Position numbers and translations under genes: made by a program. Positions 1 to 12,792 of a DNA stretch of 64,000 nt are shown one piece after another; position 1 is the stretch's first letter; every line of letters starts with the position of its first letter. Source of the stretch: Eledone cirrhosa (taxonomy: Eukaryota); NCBI GenBank assembly GCA_964016885.1, contig OZ024743.1, positions 355,756,001-355,820,000 of the forward strand, read 5' to 3'. Under the pieces are notes generated by a model, which was not told where the DNA came from, ran no database searches, and worked only from the letters and a program-made list of their open reading frames with translations.

Positions 1-208
1 TGTGTGTGTTTGCATGTGTGGTTTTATTTTATTTTTCCTTTCCTTCTTCTTTCTCCAGCCTCACTTTCATATAGATTGCATTTTTGTTTTTAAAATCCAA
101 ATTCAATAAACAGACCAGGATTTTTTCATTCTGAGGATTGAAAGCAAAATCTTTTGCTTTTAAGAAACCACTGGTAAATGGAATAATTGCCTTATGTTGT
201 TTATTACA

Positions 209-265
<57 letters not shown>

Positions 266-600
266 GATGGTAGAAATCCGTAAATGAAAGGAAAGCAATG
301 CTCAATCTGTTGTAAGAGAGCTTATTTAGTATAAACAAAGTTTCATGCAATTACCATGTATGTAATTCCATTGGTTTCGTGATCTAATCATTGGCACCAC
401 TGTATAATGGAAGAGGCACTTTTTAACTAGCTCTCCTTTGAGGCACGTGTACAAAAGGTTTAAATGAGAAGTTGATATCCCTCGACTAATTCTCCCTCTG
501 AGCGACGGAGGCCTTTATATTTGAAATCTGACTTGAAATGTTTCTCTATACGAATTTATCAAAGTTTCTAGGGTTATTCTGTCCAATAGGTAAAGGGAGA

Positions 601-641
<41 letters not shown>

Positions 642-689
642 AAGTATGAGGAAATAATAGACAAAAATATACCTATTTTTTCCTTGAAA

Positions 690-781
690 GTCCCGACTGC
701 AGTTTCGCCGATCCGTGTGCAATGTTGCTGCACTATGAAAATGCAACATCGCTGTAAGGTTGATACGGCTTATCAATAGAC
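690..781 (-). ncRNA. Type I hammerhead ribozyme, U3-A8 core variant
   Basis: Minus strand reads gucua-UUGAUAA-GCCG...CGGC-GAAA-CUGCAG-UC-gggac. Stem II is GCCG/CGGC, stem III is the palindrome ACUGCAGU, and the cleavage triplet is GUC. Stem I is imperfect. Confidence 0.6.
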
Positions 782-798
782 CCCCTCAGAAAAAAATG

Positions 799-861
<63 letters not shown>

Positions 862-1155
862 TCAAGTCTGAAGAACTATTAGCTAAAATATATACAGTAT
901 TTCTTCTCCTAATCAGTATAAATCAACCACCTGAAAGATCATTTAAACGAGGCTATAAGTTTAAAATGTAATTATGAAGAAATAATAGACAAATGATACA
1001 GATTATCTTCCGCGATGTACAGCCATATGACATTTATCTAATTATTTCTTTTAGCCTGTAGAAATAGACTAGACAAATAGTTAACTACACAGAGTTAGGT
1101 ACAAAATAGAAGTTTGAAGAAAAAATGCACATAAACTTTACCAAAATTCCTATAA

Positions 1156-1238
1156 TCTCGACCACCGGTGGTTTCGTTCCACTATTTGGATATACCCGAT
1201 CTTCGATATATCCGCGAGGCTTGGAACTCCTCAGGAGA
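1156..1238 (-). ncRNA. Type I hammerhead ribozyme (PLE-type)
   Basis: Minus strand reads ucuc-CUGAGGA-GUUCCA...UGGAAC-GAAA-CCACCGGUGG-UC-gaga. Canonical core, all three stems, palindromic stem III. Confidence 0.85.
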
Positions 1239-1444
1239 TACTTCAGACTGGACTAAGTTTTTTCTACCATGATCCCCGCCAGAAATGAATTCAAAATGGC
1301 TAAGAACTATCACGTGGCTAGCGGTCAAGGCAGAAAATTTGTGACTGGTGCCTGTCGGCGAGTAGGCTGGTTGCTAGAAAGCGCAGCCGAATACTGCCTA
1401 AAGTTTTACTCAACCTTACGGGAGTATATATTAAATTCGAAGGA

Positions 1445-1507
<63 letters not shown>

Positions 1508-1681
1508 GACATAGTCACAGATACATGTATGAGTTTGGCAACCTTTCACAGTGTGGCTCAATGAAGAATTAATTAAGCAAATAATCATTAATGAGAACTA
1601 TATATAAAATTGTAAGTCTGAAGAACTATTAGATAAAGTATATACAGTATTTCCCCTCCTAATCAGTATAAATCATATATA

Positions 1682-1755
<74 letters not shown>

Positions 1756-1794
1756 ATTAAATAAATGGAAAACTATATTTATAAAACCATATTT

Positions 1795-1858
1795 ATTTCA
1801 TTATATATATTTCGGGGATATCATATTAACAATATGCTATGCCTTCATCAGACAAAAT
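1795..1858 (-). ncRNA. Hammerhead ribozyme in left inverted pLTR
   Basis: Reverse complement of 5956-6019. Confidence 0.75.
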
Positions 1859-2222
1859 ACAATATAAACAGTTTTATAGATAAATATATTCGACATACCG
1901 TAATAAACATCAACTTCATTTGAAGAGGTTCACTCTAGCAGTGAAAATACAGAGAGAAAGAAAGAGAGAGAGAAAAGAGGGAAATAAGAAAGAAAGAAAG
2001 ACAAAATGAAGAAAAGGAAGAAAAAGAAGAAAAAGAAGAAATGCATGGGACAAAATAGAGAGATGGAAAAATAGATAAAGCGAAGAGCTTCATGTAAAGA
2101 GACCGAAAGATATATATATATATAGAGAGAGAGAGGAAATAGAGATAGATACATATATAAATATAGATATAGAAAAATTAGGTAGTGGGAGGTCATTTTG
2201 AGTAAGTGTATCAATGATGCAT

Positions 2223-2257
<35 letters not shown>

Positions 2258-3107
2258 GCTCAAGTATTAATGTAAGGGAGATATATAGAGAGATATAGAG
2301 AGATATAGAGAGAGAAAAATTTAAAAATAGCCAGACATATTCGAGGCGTAGAAAACCCTATGTTTTAATGTATTAGTATTTATAAAACTTACACTATATT
2401 GTAAATATCAGTATTCCTGAATGAAACAAGTATTCACAATGCGTGAAAATTCATTATCTTATGTTTAGTTTTTTAGAAAAATTCATATGTCTATGTGAAT
2501 CCAACTGATTCACTCCGCAAATTCAAAGTTACCGGAAAACATTCTCAATGTGGTATAAAAATTTGAGCGTATTATTATTCTTGCGATTACTCTACAAGAT
2601 TATCTATCAAGCAGAAATAGAGAGCAGATTTCAATATACTAATCGAAAATATATATTATATTATAAGCAGAGATAACAATAATAATGATAATAAGTAAAA
2701 ATATATAAAAATATAAAAATATAGAATAGAAAACTAAAAAAGAATATTACGAAAGAATATTACATAATAAAAATATTGCATATTAAAAATACTACGTATT
2801 AAAAATATTACGTATTAAAACTTTACATATAAAAATATTAAAAATATTAAAAATAAAAATTTACATATAAAAAAAATTTACATATAAAAAAATAAAAAAT
2901 AAAAAATAAAAATATAAAAATATTATAGAATACTACAATACTAAAAGAATAAAAATAAAAATAAAAATAAAAATAAAAATAAAAATAAAAATAAAAATAA
3001 AAATAAAAATAAAAATGAAAATAAAAATAAACCACAAAGAACAACCCTTCAAGGTTAATTGACAATATATTGCCAAGTTCACTACAAGACAAAGCCAAAA
3101 CATAACT

Positions 3108-4364
3108 ATGGGATCTTCCGACTCAGCTCAAGTAACTGACCTTGTGGGCTTATTTTTAATCAATTCGCTACATAGGAAAATACCTGGTACTACCGGAGGT
3201 TTATATAGGGATGACATGCTTTTACTTATTAATAATAATAACCCTGAACTAAATAGAAAATGTAAACAAATTACAAAATTTTTTAATTACTTTAACCTTA
3301 AAATAGAAATTGAGAACAACCATAGAATAGTCAATTTCCTAGATATAACATTAAATCTCAACACATGTCTCCACTATCCTTTTCACAAGTTGAATGAAAG
3401 CTTAAACTATGTCAACTTTAACTCTAACCACCCCAGATCTGTCAAAAACACTATAGTAAACTCAGTCCAAAAACGTATCTCTAGGATCTCGTCGAATAGA
3501 AAGATTTTTGACGAAAAGGCCCAATACTATAATGATGCACTAGCTAGGGCAGGGTATGCTGATAAGATTGTGTACATAGATAATGATAAACAAACTAAAC
3601 AAAGTAACAACTTTTTTAATTATGGCAACAACATTAACAACTATAATAGAAAGCATTACAATAATTCCAAAGGACAAAAAAGAAATAGAACTAGGAACAT
3701 AATTTGGTTTGCCCCCCCTTTCTCACTAAACATTAAAACCCACATCGCTAAATTATTTTTCAAAGCTCTTGATAATCGCTTCCCTAGAACACATAGGTAC
3801 CACTCAATCTTCAATAGGCATACAATTAAATTAACCTACTCATCCACCAAAAATTTAGCACAAAATATTAATAGAATAAATAATAGGAACTTAAAACCTA
3901 CTGATAATAGCATAAATAATATACAAGTTAACAAATGTAACTGTAGAGATAGATCTAAATGTCCGTTAAATAACAACTGCTTAGTTAAAAATATAGTATA
4001 CAATTGTAATGTTAATACTGACTCTAATTCTTTTAACTACGTCGGTTCCACATCGACGGAATTTAAACTTCGCTATAATAACCACAAGAATTCTTTCACA
4101 GATCCAAATAAAAAATCTTCAACGGCACTATCAGGTGTACTCTGGCAACTTAAGCTAGATAACGTTAGATATTCGACGGCTTGGAATATAGTCTCAAGAG
4201 GGATTCCTTTTAATTCATCCTCTGAGACATGTGACCTCTGCGCAGAGGAGATATTCTTTATACTAAAATCTAAAAATTCCCTTAACCTACGGACAAATTT
4301 ATTCAGTTGTTGCAAACATAGATTAAACTCAACGTTTAAATATAAATTTAAATTTAAAATGTAG
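3108..4364 (+). CDS. PLE polyprotein C-terminal part: RT motifs B'-E, thumb, Cys-rich linker, GIY-YIG endonuclease
   Basis: MGSSDSA (RT B'), LYRDD (RT C), NFLDITLNL, SNHP, CNCRDRSKCPLNNNC, IVY...YVGST..FKLRY..H, CDLCAEE, CCKH. The ATG is the internal motif-B' Met at the truncation junction, not a true start. Confidence 0.93.
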   Translation: MGSSDSAQVTDLVGLFLINSLHRKIPGTTGGLYRDDMLLLINNNNPELNRKCKQITKFFNYFNLKIEIENNHRIVNFLDITLNLNTCLHYPFHKLNESLNYVNFNSNHPRSVKNTIVNSVQKRISRISSNRKIFDEKAQYYNDALARAGYADKIVYIDNDKQTKQSNNFFNYGNNINNYNRKHYNNSKGQKRNRTRNIIWFAPPFSLNIKTHIAKLFFKALDNRFPRTHRYHSIFNRHTIKLTYSSTKNLAQNINRINNRNLKPTDNSINNIQVNKCNCRDRSKCPLNNNCLVKNIVYNCNVNTDSNSFNYVGSTSTEFKLRYNNHKNSFTDPNKKSSTALSGVLWQLKLDNVRYSTAWNIVSRGIPFNSSSETCDLCAEEIFFILKSKNSLNLRTNLFSCCKHRLNSTFKYKFKFKM

Positions 4365-5550
4365 TATATTTAGTTTGATTTATATTTATATGAGAACTAG
4401 CCGATAAATCTTTTGATTCCTAAATCTTTGATTCCCTCTTTTTACTCTTTTTATTGTTTATTTTATTTTATTTATTTTTATTTTTATTTTTATTTTTATT
4501 TTTATTTTTATTTTTATTTTTATTTTTATCTAAACATTCCTCATGAAAAATTAAGCTACCCTAAAAGCCGATGCTCCAAATTTTCTGAATTAACCTTACA
4601 CTTGATAAACTTATATATTAAATATAGGAACATATGTAGACATTATTGGACATCATAATCTTTTTTGCGATATTCCTTGCTAGATGTGATTTGATAGATA
4701 ATTTTTGGCTTTGTCTTGTAGTGAACTTGGCAATATATTGTCAATTAACCTTGAAGGGTTGTTCTTTGTGGTTTATTTTTATTTTCATTTTTATTTTTAT
4801 TTTTATTTTTATTTTTATTTTTATTTTTATTTTTATTTTTATTTTTATTTTTATTTTTATTCTTTTAGTATTGTAGTATTCTATAATATTTTTATATTTT
4901 TATTTTTTATTTTTTATTTTTTTATATGTAAATTTTTTTTATATGTAAATTTTTATTTTTAATATTTTTAATATTTTTATATGTAAAGTTTTAATACGTA
5001 ATATTTTTAATACGTAGTATTTTTAATATGCAATATTTTTATTATGTAATATTCTTTCGTAATATTCTTTTTTAGTTTTCTATTCTATATTTTTATATTT
5101 TTATATATTTTTACTTATTATCATTATTATTGTTATCTCTGCTTATAATATAATATATATTTTCGATTAGTATATTGAAATCTGCTCTCTATTTCTGCTT
5201 GATAGATAATCTTGTAGAGTAATCGCAAGAATAATAATACGCTCAAATTTTTATACCACATTGAGAATGTTTTCCGGTAACTTTGAATTTGCGGAGTGAA
5301 TCAGTTGGATTCACATAGACATATGAATTTTTCTAAAAAACTAACATAAGATAATGAATTTTCACGCATTGTGAATACTTGTTTCATTCAGGAATACTGA
5401 TATTTACAATATAGTGTAAGTTTTATAAATACTAATACATTAAAACATAGGGTTTTCTACGCCTCGAATATGTCTGGCTATTTTTAAATTTTTCTCTCTC
5501 TATATCTCTCTATATCTCTCTATATATCTCCCTTACATTAATACTTGAGC

Positions 5551-5589
<39 letters not shown>

Positions 5590-5955
5590 ATGCATCATTG
5601 ATACACTTACTCAAAATGACCTCCCACTACCTAATTTTTCTATATCTATATTTATATATGTATCTATCTCTATTTCCTCTCTCTCTCTATATATATATAT
5701 ATATCTTTCGGTCTCTTTACATGAAGCTCTTCGCTTTATCTATTTTTCCATCTCTCTATTTTGTCCCATGCATTTCTTCTTTTTCTTCTTTTTCTTCCTT
5801 TTCTTCATTTTGTCTTTCTTTCTTTCTTATTTCCCTCTTTTCTCTCTCTCTTTCTTTCTCTCTGTATTTTCACTGCTAGAGTGAACCTCTTCAAATGAAG
5901 TTGATGTTTATTACGGTATGTCGAATATATTTATCTATAAAACTGTTTATATTGT

Positions 5956-6019
5956 ATTTTGTCTGATGAAGGCATAGCATATTGTTAATATGATATCCCC
6001 GAAATATATATAATGAAAT
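5956..6019 (+). ncRNA. Hammerhead ribozyme in right pLTR
   Basis: auuuugu-CUGAUGA-aggc...cccc-GAAA-UAUAUA-UA-augaaau. Stem I pairs and stem III is the palindrome AUAUAUAU. Confidence 0.75.
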
Positions 6020-6326
6020 AAATATGGTTTTATAAATATAGTTTTCCATTTATTTAATATTGTAAATATACTCCAAGTATTTGTCGAGTGCTTTTATATC
6101 AGTTATAAATATTTACTAGTTGTAACCCAACAATTTTAAATATAACTTTACATGTATATATATATATATATTTATATATATATAAAATTGCAAGTTTGAA
6201 GAATTATTAGATAAAATATATACAGTATTTCCTCTCCCTAGTCCGTAGAAATCAACCACATAAATAATCATATATGTATCTGTGACTATGTCTAATTATA
6301 TACATATATCCCTTTGAATGTAATAC

Positions 6327-6382
<56 letters not shown>

Positions 6383-6973
6383 GATGCCTCAAATATGGCC
6401 ATTTCAAAATATAATGACCTTTTTAATTAAAAAAAAAGGAATTGTAAAATGTTATATTTTAAAATGCTTTAGTTACTTCTGGACCACACTGTATGTGTGT
6501 GTGGTTATATATATATATATATATATATATACATAGAGAGAGAGAGAGGGGGGGGGGAGATACAGAGAGAGATGTATGTAAGTATATATATATATATATA
6601 TGTGTGTTTGTATGTTTGTGTGTGTGTATAAATATGCATGTATGTATTGAAGCATACATGTATATATATATAATAGAAAACGAAAAATCAGTGATGCATC
6701 TGAACTCAATTTATTGTGTGTTACAATTGTTTCGCCGGCGAACAGCTCGAGACGCGATCATTGTGTGGATCTGTCTGATTCTGGAACCGCAGGTTCGACA
6801 GACACGTCTAATGATTTCGGAGCATATTCTCTCATATATATATATCTCAAGAGCGTGAAACTAATAAACCTTTGTTTGTACTGCCTCTATTTATGTGTTG
6901 CCGTCCCAGTTTTTACTATATATATATAGTTTTGCGAGGTTTTTGATATGAAATCGTGTGTCGAAACAAATAT

Positions 6974-7484
6974 TGTTATACTTGGGGAGGGTCATATTTG
7001 TGTAATAATATTGCCAGAATTAATAACAGAACACACTCACTGTTTGGTTGGTTTTCGCTTCTGTGTCCTTTATATCGGTTAATTTAATTTATTCGGTCCT
7101 CAATGTTACCATTGACTGACCGACGGTCAAAAATACAGATACAATATAGACACAAACACATATATATAGTCTAACAAAGTTCTTTCGTTGCACATCTGCA
7201 ACATAGTCAGTGGTGCTATTATGTTTCCTCCCGTTGTATTGTATGCCTAAGCCATCTTTAAAGATGGCGTAGGCATACAATATATGTATATATATATGTG
7301 TTTGTGTCTATATTGTATCTGTATTTTTGACCGTTGGTCAGTCAGTGGTAACATTGAGGACCGAATAAATTAAATTAACCGATATAAAAGACACAGAAGC
7401 GAAAATCAACCAAACAGTGAGTGTGTTCTGTTATTAATTCTGGCAATATTACACAAATATGACCCTCCCCAAATATACAAATAT

Positions 7485-7490
<6 letters not shown>
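6974..7490. repeat. Fold-back inverted repeat (about 195-bp arms), probable PLE-derived remnant
   Basis: 6974-7168 is the reverse complement of about 7290-7490. There is an internal near-perfect hairpin at about 7237-7282, and the terminal part recurs at about 38655-38725. Confidence 0.7.
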
Positions 7491-7525
<35 letters not shown>

Positions 7526-7793
7526 CGATCCCAGAGTTGTGACGGTAGTGGGGGTAACCACAGTTAAAAGGGTATTCAATACATTGGTAGACTATAGGCA
7601 TCTTTATTATATAGTTGACCACCCATGACCCGTTGGCTTACGTTCACATCAGAATATTTTAAAAAAAATCATGTTCACTTAAAAATAATTTTTAAATAAT
7701 CAAAATATACACAGACATGTATATAATATGAAATGAAACTGGAAGGCCCATATATATACGTGTATGTATGTATATATATACAAATGTGTGTGT

Positions 7794-7830
<37 letters not shown>

Positions 7831-7934
7831 CGTGTGTGTATATATATATATGTGGGTGTCTGTGATCTATATACACTGGTCACACATATACACATACAGA
7901 CACATATACACACATATATATATATACACACACT

Positions 7935-7990
<56 letters not shown>

Positions 7991-8769
7991 ACAACACTAC
8001 CAGCTCTCTCTCTCTGTCTTCCATTCTCCTTCTCTGTCACCTCGGCCTCTCTTTAAGCTTCTCTTCCAATCTACTCTCTCTCTCTTCCTCTCTCTGTTTA
8101 TGATGAAGGTACCCGGAAAAACCCCATATCTCGAGAACCCGTGCTCCGATTTACGTGAAACTTATTTTATTCCATTTGTATTCCCATTTCAGAGTCAACT
8201 TCCCTTTAAAGTATTTTCCCATTATACAAGCAAGCAAGCAATCACAGAGTTTTAGTAGTATATAAATATAAAAATGACTTCTACAAGGCTAGAACTATTT
8301 CATTCGTATGAAATCATCAGGAATATCCTCATGATGCATACACACATATATATATAACCCGATTGCCAAATATCAACCACTTTGTGCATTCAAGAAGTAG
8401 TAAAACGAAAGGGGGTGGGGAACAGCTAGGAAGTCATACATGAGTTGGTGTCAGCTGTGGAGAATGTCAGTGTAAAAATATAAATAAATATTACAATGCT
8501 GTTTTTTTTTTGCAGAGGCCGAACTGATATGGTCAATATTTGCTTTCTCAAAATCCCATACCTTAGCGAAGAGACTACCAACGCCATACGCAGATCCATC
8601 AGAAGAGGGACTTCAATACCTGACTGGCGCACTCGGGACCTTACCTTGTCTAAGTCAGATCGATTAAATTCCTTGAAGAGATTTAATCGATTATATTGGT
8701 CCTATTACTTATTGTTTTCAAATCTGATACTTATCTGTCTCTTTTTATCGTTTTCTTTCTTCACTTATT

Positions 8770-9660
8770 CCTTGATGGGAGCCGTGGGGACAATATCTTC
8801 AAACATGCCTATCAGAGGATCCTGTCAAAAGCAAGTGTCTGCAATTCGTCCGGTTCAATACCCAAGTAAGACCAGACGAGCTCATGAATGTTATCCAAAC
8901 ATTTTGCTCGTGGTATACCTCTTGGTTTCCTGCCAGGTGGCTTTGCCCGTAAAATCTGTTCGGCGATTCTTTCCTGGACCACTCTAACCACATGTCCATA
9001 GTACCGGAGCTGTGATCTTTTATTTCGAACAAGTAGTGGCTCTACCTAGCGTAACTCGCTGATCAACGAGCTATGCATTATATTGAGTAACATTACTCCA
9101 ACTACCTTTTGGAGGAACCCCCATTTAACCCACTTATATTAGCAATCGTATTATTTCGGTCATTGCCCAAGACTCATGACCATAGGTCAGAGTAGGCACA
9201 AACACCGAATCGAAGATGACAAGTTTGGCCTTTACATCGACTTCCGTTCTACTGATGACTGAGTGCTGACGATGGCGCATTACTACACCAGCTCCTGAAA
9301 TTCTTGCATTTAATCCAGCTTCCTGCCTTTCATCACTCGTAAAAATGACCCGAGATATTTGAACTTTTCCACCTGCTTCTGAGTAACTCTACTCACATGA
9401 AAAGCACATTGCGCAGGCTTTCTTGAGAGAACGCGTCTCAGTCTTCGCAGCCCTTATTTTCACTCTTGACGTACAGCACTGGAACAAACCTATCCTGTAT
9501 ACGTCGGAGATTACCTTCCAACGAGTAAGTAGTACCATGTCGTGAGCAAATTTCAACTGACTGATCCTACACTCACCTGTTTTGATACCACTTCCAACTC
9601 GGCTGTGCATGTCAATCCTGTTCATAAAGATTAAATACAGGAGAGGAGACGGTACTCATC
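8770..9660 (-). pseudogene. RTE/Expander-like LINE RT and 3' fragment, decayed
   Basis: FMNRIDMHSR..G...ISQLKFAHDMVLL (LFADD motif) and VEKFKYLG. A related 3' end with a (GAA)n tail occurs at about 14630-14745. Confidence 0.75.
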
Positions 9661-9789
9661 AAGGCAACCAGTTGTCCATCAATCCCATACTCCCGTAAAA
9701 CGTTTTACAACAAATCCCGTAGAGCAGAGTCTCTTTTTGTAGAACAGCTAAATTGTAGGGCGTAAAGAAGCAGTAAAAGAAAACACGGA

Positions 9790-9945
9790 AATGGACACAC
9801 ACATTTTCTGAGTGTCAAATTTAACTCAGAAGGCATTGGTCAATCCGATGCTATAGATGAAAATGCTTACCCAAGATGCTACGCTTTAGGACTGAACCGG
9901 AAACCACGCGGTAGCGAAACGAACTCCTTAACCAGACCGCCATAA
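9790..9945 (-). mobile_element. Degenerate tRNA-derived SINE (third family)
   Basis: Minus strand begins ggcggtctggttaaggagttcg...ggttcagtcc (A/B-box-like). A related copy lies at about 37790-38110 (+). Confidence 0.5.
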
Positions 9946-10059
9946 CTAAAGATGTGTGTGTGTATTTATGTATCTATTATATATATTATATGTTTACCGT
10001 TATCTATATCTTTGTCTATATCTTATTTTCTCTCTAAATCTCCACTACATACCTCATCT

Positions 10060-10094
<35 letters not shown>

Positions 10095-10436
10095 CCTCTC
10101 TCTCTAACTATCTCTCTTTATTTCTATCGATAGCCCCGTTTTCAATCAGTAAAAGAGACGAGAAATATATGACAAGATGGCGGCAAATGGTTTTTGATTC
10201 ATTAGATCTTGACCCGAACACAGCTGAAATGTGAACAACATGTGTCCAGTGGACATGCGTAAAGTGACATTATCCAACGTCTCTATGGCATGATTCATCG
10301 CCGTCCATTACATGAAAGACCGAATGATCTGGCACAAAGGCAAAAATATTAACTTGCACAATGGCTCACAGCTTCACCTTCGTAGGACGTGTCCTAATAA
10401 ACTCGGATTAAAATATATTGCACAAGATCACAGTCC

Positions 10437-10470
10437 CACAAATACATAAACACGTACGTTTGTGTGTGTG

Positions 10471-10533
<63 letters not shown>

Positions 10534-10634
10534 GTGTGTGTGTGTGAGTGTGTGTGTGTGTGTGTGTGCGTGTGTGTGTGCGTGTGTGTGTGTTTGTGTG
10601 TGTGTGCGTGCGTACACAAATACATAAACACGTA

Positions 10635-10683
<49 letters not shown>

Positions 10684-10918
10684 GTGTGTGTGTGCGTGTG
10701 TGTGTGTATGTGTGTGCGTGTGTGTGTGTGTTTGTGTGTGTGCGCGTGTGTGTGTGTATGTGTGTGCGTGTGTGTGTGTATGTGTGTGCGTGTGTGTGTG
10801 TGTTTGTGTGTGTGCGTGCGTACACAAATACATAAACACGTACGTTTGTGTGTGTGTGTGTGTGTGCGTGTGCGTGCGTACACAAATACATAAACACGTA
10901 CGTGTGTGTGTGTGTGTG

Positions 10919-10967
<49 letters not shown>

Positions 10968-10984
10968 ATGTGTGTGTGTGTGTT

Positions 10985-11036
<52 letters not shown>

Positions 11037-11095
11037 TGTGTGTGTGTGTCTGTGTGTCTGTGTGTGCGTGTGTGTGTGTGCGTGTGTGTGTGTAC
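10437..11095. repeat. (GT)n-rich compound satellite with embedded repeated unit cacaaatacataaacacgtacgt (4 copies)
   Basis: The unit is visible at about 10437, 10615, 10823 and 10881 within GT runs. Confidence 0.9.
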
Positions 11096-11861
11096 AGTGT
11101 TTTGGTGTGTGTTTGTATTATGCAAGGCTTTGGCGTATGTATTTATATTTAGTTACGCTTGGATATGTGTTTGTGTGTGTGTGTATATAAGCATTAGGCT
11201 GTTATCAGGATGTATGTTTGTATGGGATTGTGTCTGCGTGCGTTTGGTTGTGTTGGAATGTGTGTTTATGTTCCAGAGTGTTTGCGCTCGGCTGTGTTTC
11301 GAATATGTGTTAGTGTGCATCATTTGCCACCACCAAACGAACGATGTAATATAGTTTATGTCACGTCCATTGTGATATCAATAAGATACGATGAAACACA
11401 TGTCTATATCGTATCGCCCAACCTTTATCTTCTTTCAAATCGGAACTATAATTGAACGTATATATGTATGTATGTATGGAATAATATATGTATATGTATT
11501 ACTATATGTAAATATATCTGTATGTATGTGTGTGTATGTATGTATGTATGTATGTATGTGTGCATGCATATATGTGTGCATGTTTGTATGTATGTATGCA
11601 TGTATGTATGTATGTATGTGTGTATGTATGTATGTATGTATGTATGTATGTATGTATGTTTGTATGTATGTTTGTATGTATGTATGTATGTTTGTATGTA
11701 TACATTCATATATATTACTAGTGAAAGCGCTTGATGTATGCTTTTAGATATACCCATATATAAAAGGACTTCTACATAGAAACATACACACGGACAATCA
11801 CTTTCCGAATTAAATGAATTAAAGTTAACTATTCGTACACAGACATACACCCATACACACA

Positions 11862-11993
<132 letters not shown>

Positions 11994-12076
11994 TGTGCAT
12001 GTTCGAGCAGTAGATTTTCAACATGAATATAAACCAAGAATTTTTCTACATATAAATACCCAATCTATCTATCTAT

Positions 12077-12515
12077 GGCTATATGGTGGACGAGGTTAAA
12101 AGGGCTGAGGTCAGACACCTTTCTCTCCGGCGAGCAACTGATTCCTTTTTTCAAATATCATTTTGGAAGAAGAATCAGGATGGAGAGAGAGGTGCTGTAC
12201 CCCAGCAAATTTTATAAAAGGTGGGTGAACGTGGCAAAGATGGCCCGAGTGGTTGGGCCTTCTCTCTATATAAGCCTGTAAGTTGAGGAAAAAGAGGAAG
12301 AGAGGAAGGGAGTACTCACTCTTGGTGCTCCTGGAGATGAGGGTTGTACATTTTTTCGGGGTGTGTACAACCCCTGTGTAACACCTCCCTCCTATTGGGG
12401 ATTTCAATTGTTATTTGTTATTGTATTAATAGTTTTATTTTCATATACCTGTATGTAAACTCCCCATTTGTATTTGTTCCCTTCTTTTGTGCCCTTGTGG
12501 CTAATAAAGAAATTT
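12077..12515 (+). mobile_element. Tx1-clade LINE 3' fragment (copy A)
   Basis: WWTRLKGLR...VVGPSLYISL* and the 3' UTR match 20270-20705. It ends gtgcccttgtggctAATAAAgaaa next to (TATC) repeats. Confidence 0.9.
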
Positions 12516-12528
12516 ATCTATGTATCTA

Positions 12529-12770
12529 TGGCGAAAATGGCCCAAGTGAGTGGACCTTTTCTGTATATAAGCCTGTAGGTTGAGGAAGACAAACAGGGGG
12601 AAGACGGGAACACCTACAAAACGTGCTCCTGATGTTATTTTAGTATTGTTATTTTATTTTATATATATAGTTTATTGTTATTCATTAATATAAAAAAATG
12701 TTATGTAAAACCCCCGCCGTCACGTCTTGTAATGTCCCTTTTTGTACGCCCTTGTGGCAAATAAAAAAAA
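12529..12770 (+). mobile_element. Tx1-clade LINE 3' fragment (copy B, divergent 3' UTR)
   Basis: ggcgaaaatggccc...ataagcctgtag followed by a 3' UTR ending gcccttgtggcaAATAAA, then (TCTA)n. Confidence 0.85.
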
Positions 12771-12792
12771 TCTATCTATCTATCTATCTATC

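Larger units (their letters stand above)
1751..6152 (+). mobile_element. 5'-truncated Penelope-like retroelement (Naiad-like) with inverted pseudo-LTR and 3' tail
   Basis: 1751-3100 is a near-identical reverse complement of 4703-6063. The RT/GIY-YIG ORF lies between the arms, each arm has an HHR, an unpaired tail runs 6064-6152, and (TA)n flanks both ends. Confidence 0.92.

Noticed and set aside
3108-4760. Selenocysteine recoding or SECIS, as reported for some Naiad PLEs
   Set aside because: There is no in-frame TGA at conserved Cys positions in either Naiad-like copy, and the ATGA..AA..GA near 4543-4571 lacks SECIS spacing and stems.
7170-7212. HHR-like CUGACUA-uguugca..ugcaac-GAAA on the minus strand
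   Set aside because: C3-U8 mismatch, and no convincing stem I or stem III.
8288-8322. CUGAUGA-uuuc-auac-gaau-GAAA on the minus strand
   Set aside because: Stems I and III do not pair, so chance or heavy decay cannot be excluded.
10437-10903. Repeated 23-nt unit with variable spacers resembling a CRISPR array
   Set aside because: The spacers are GT microsatellite, the context is eukaryotic and there are no cas genes.
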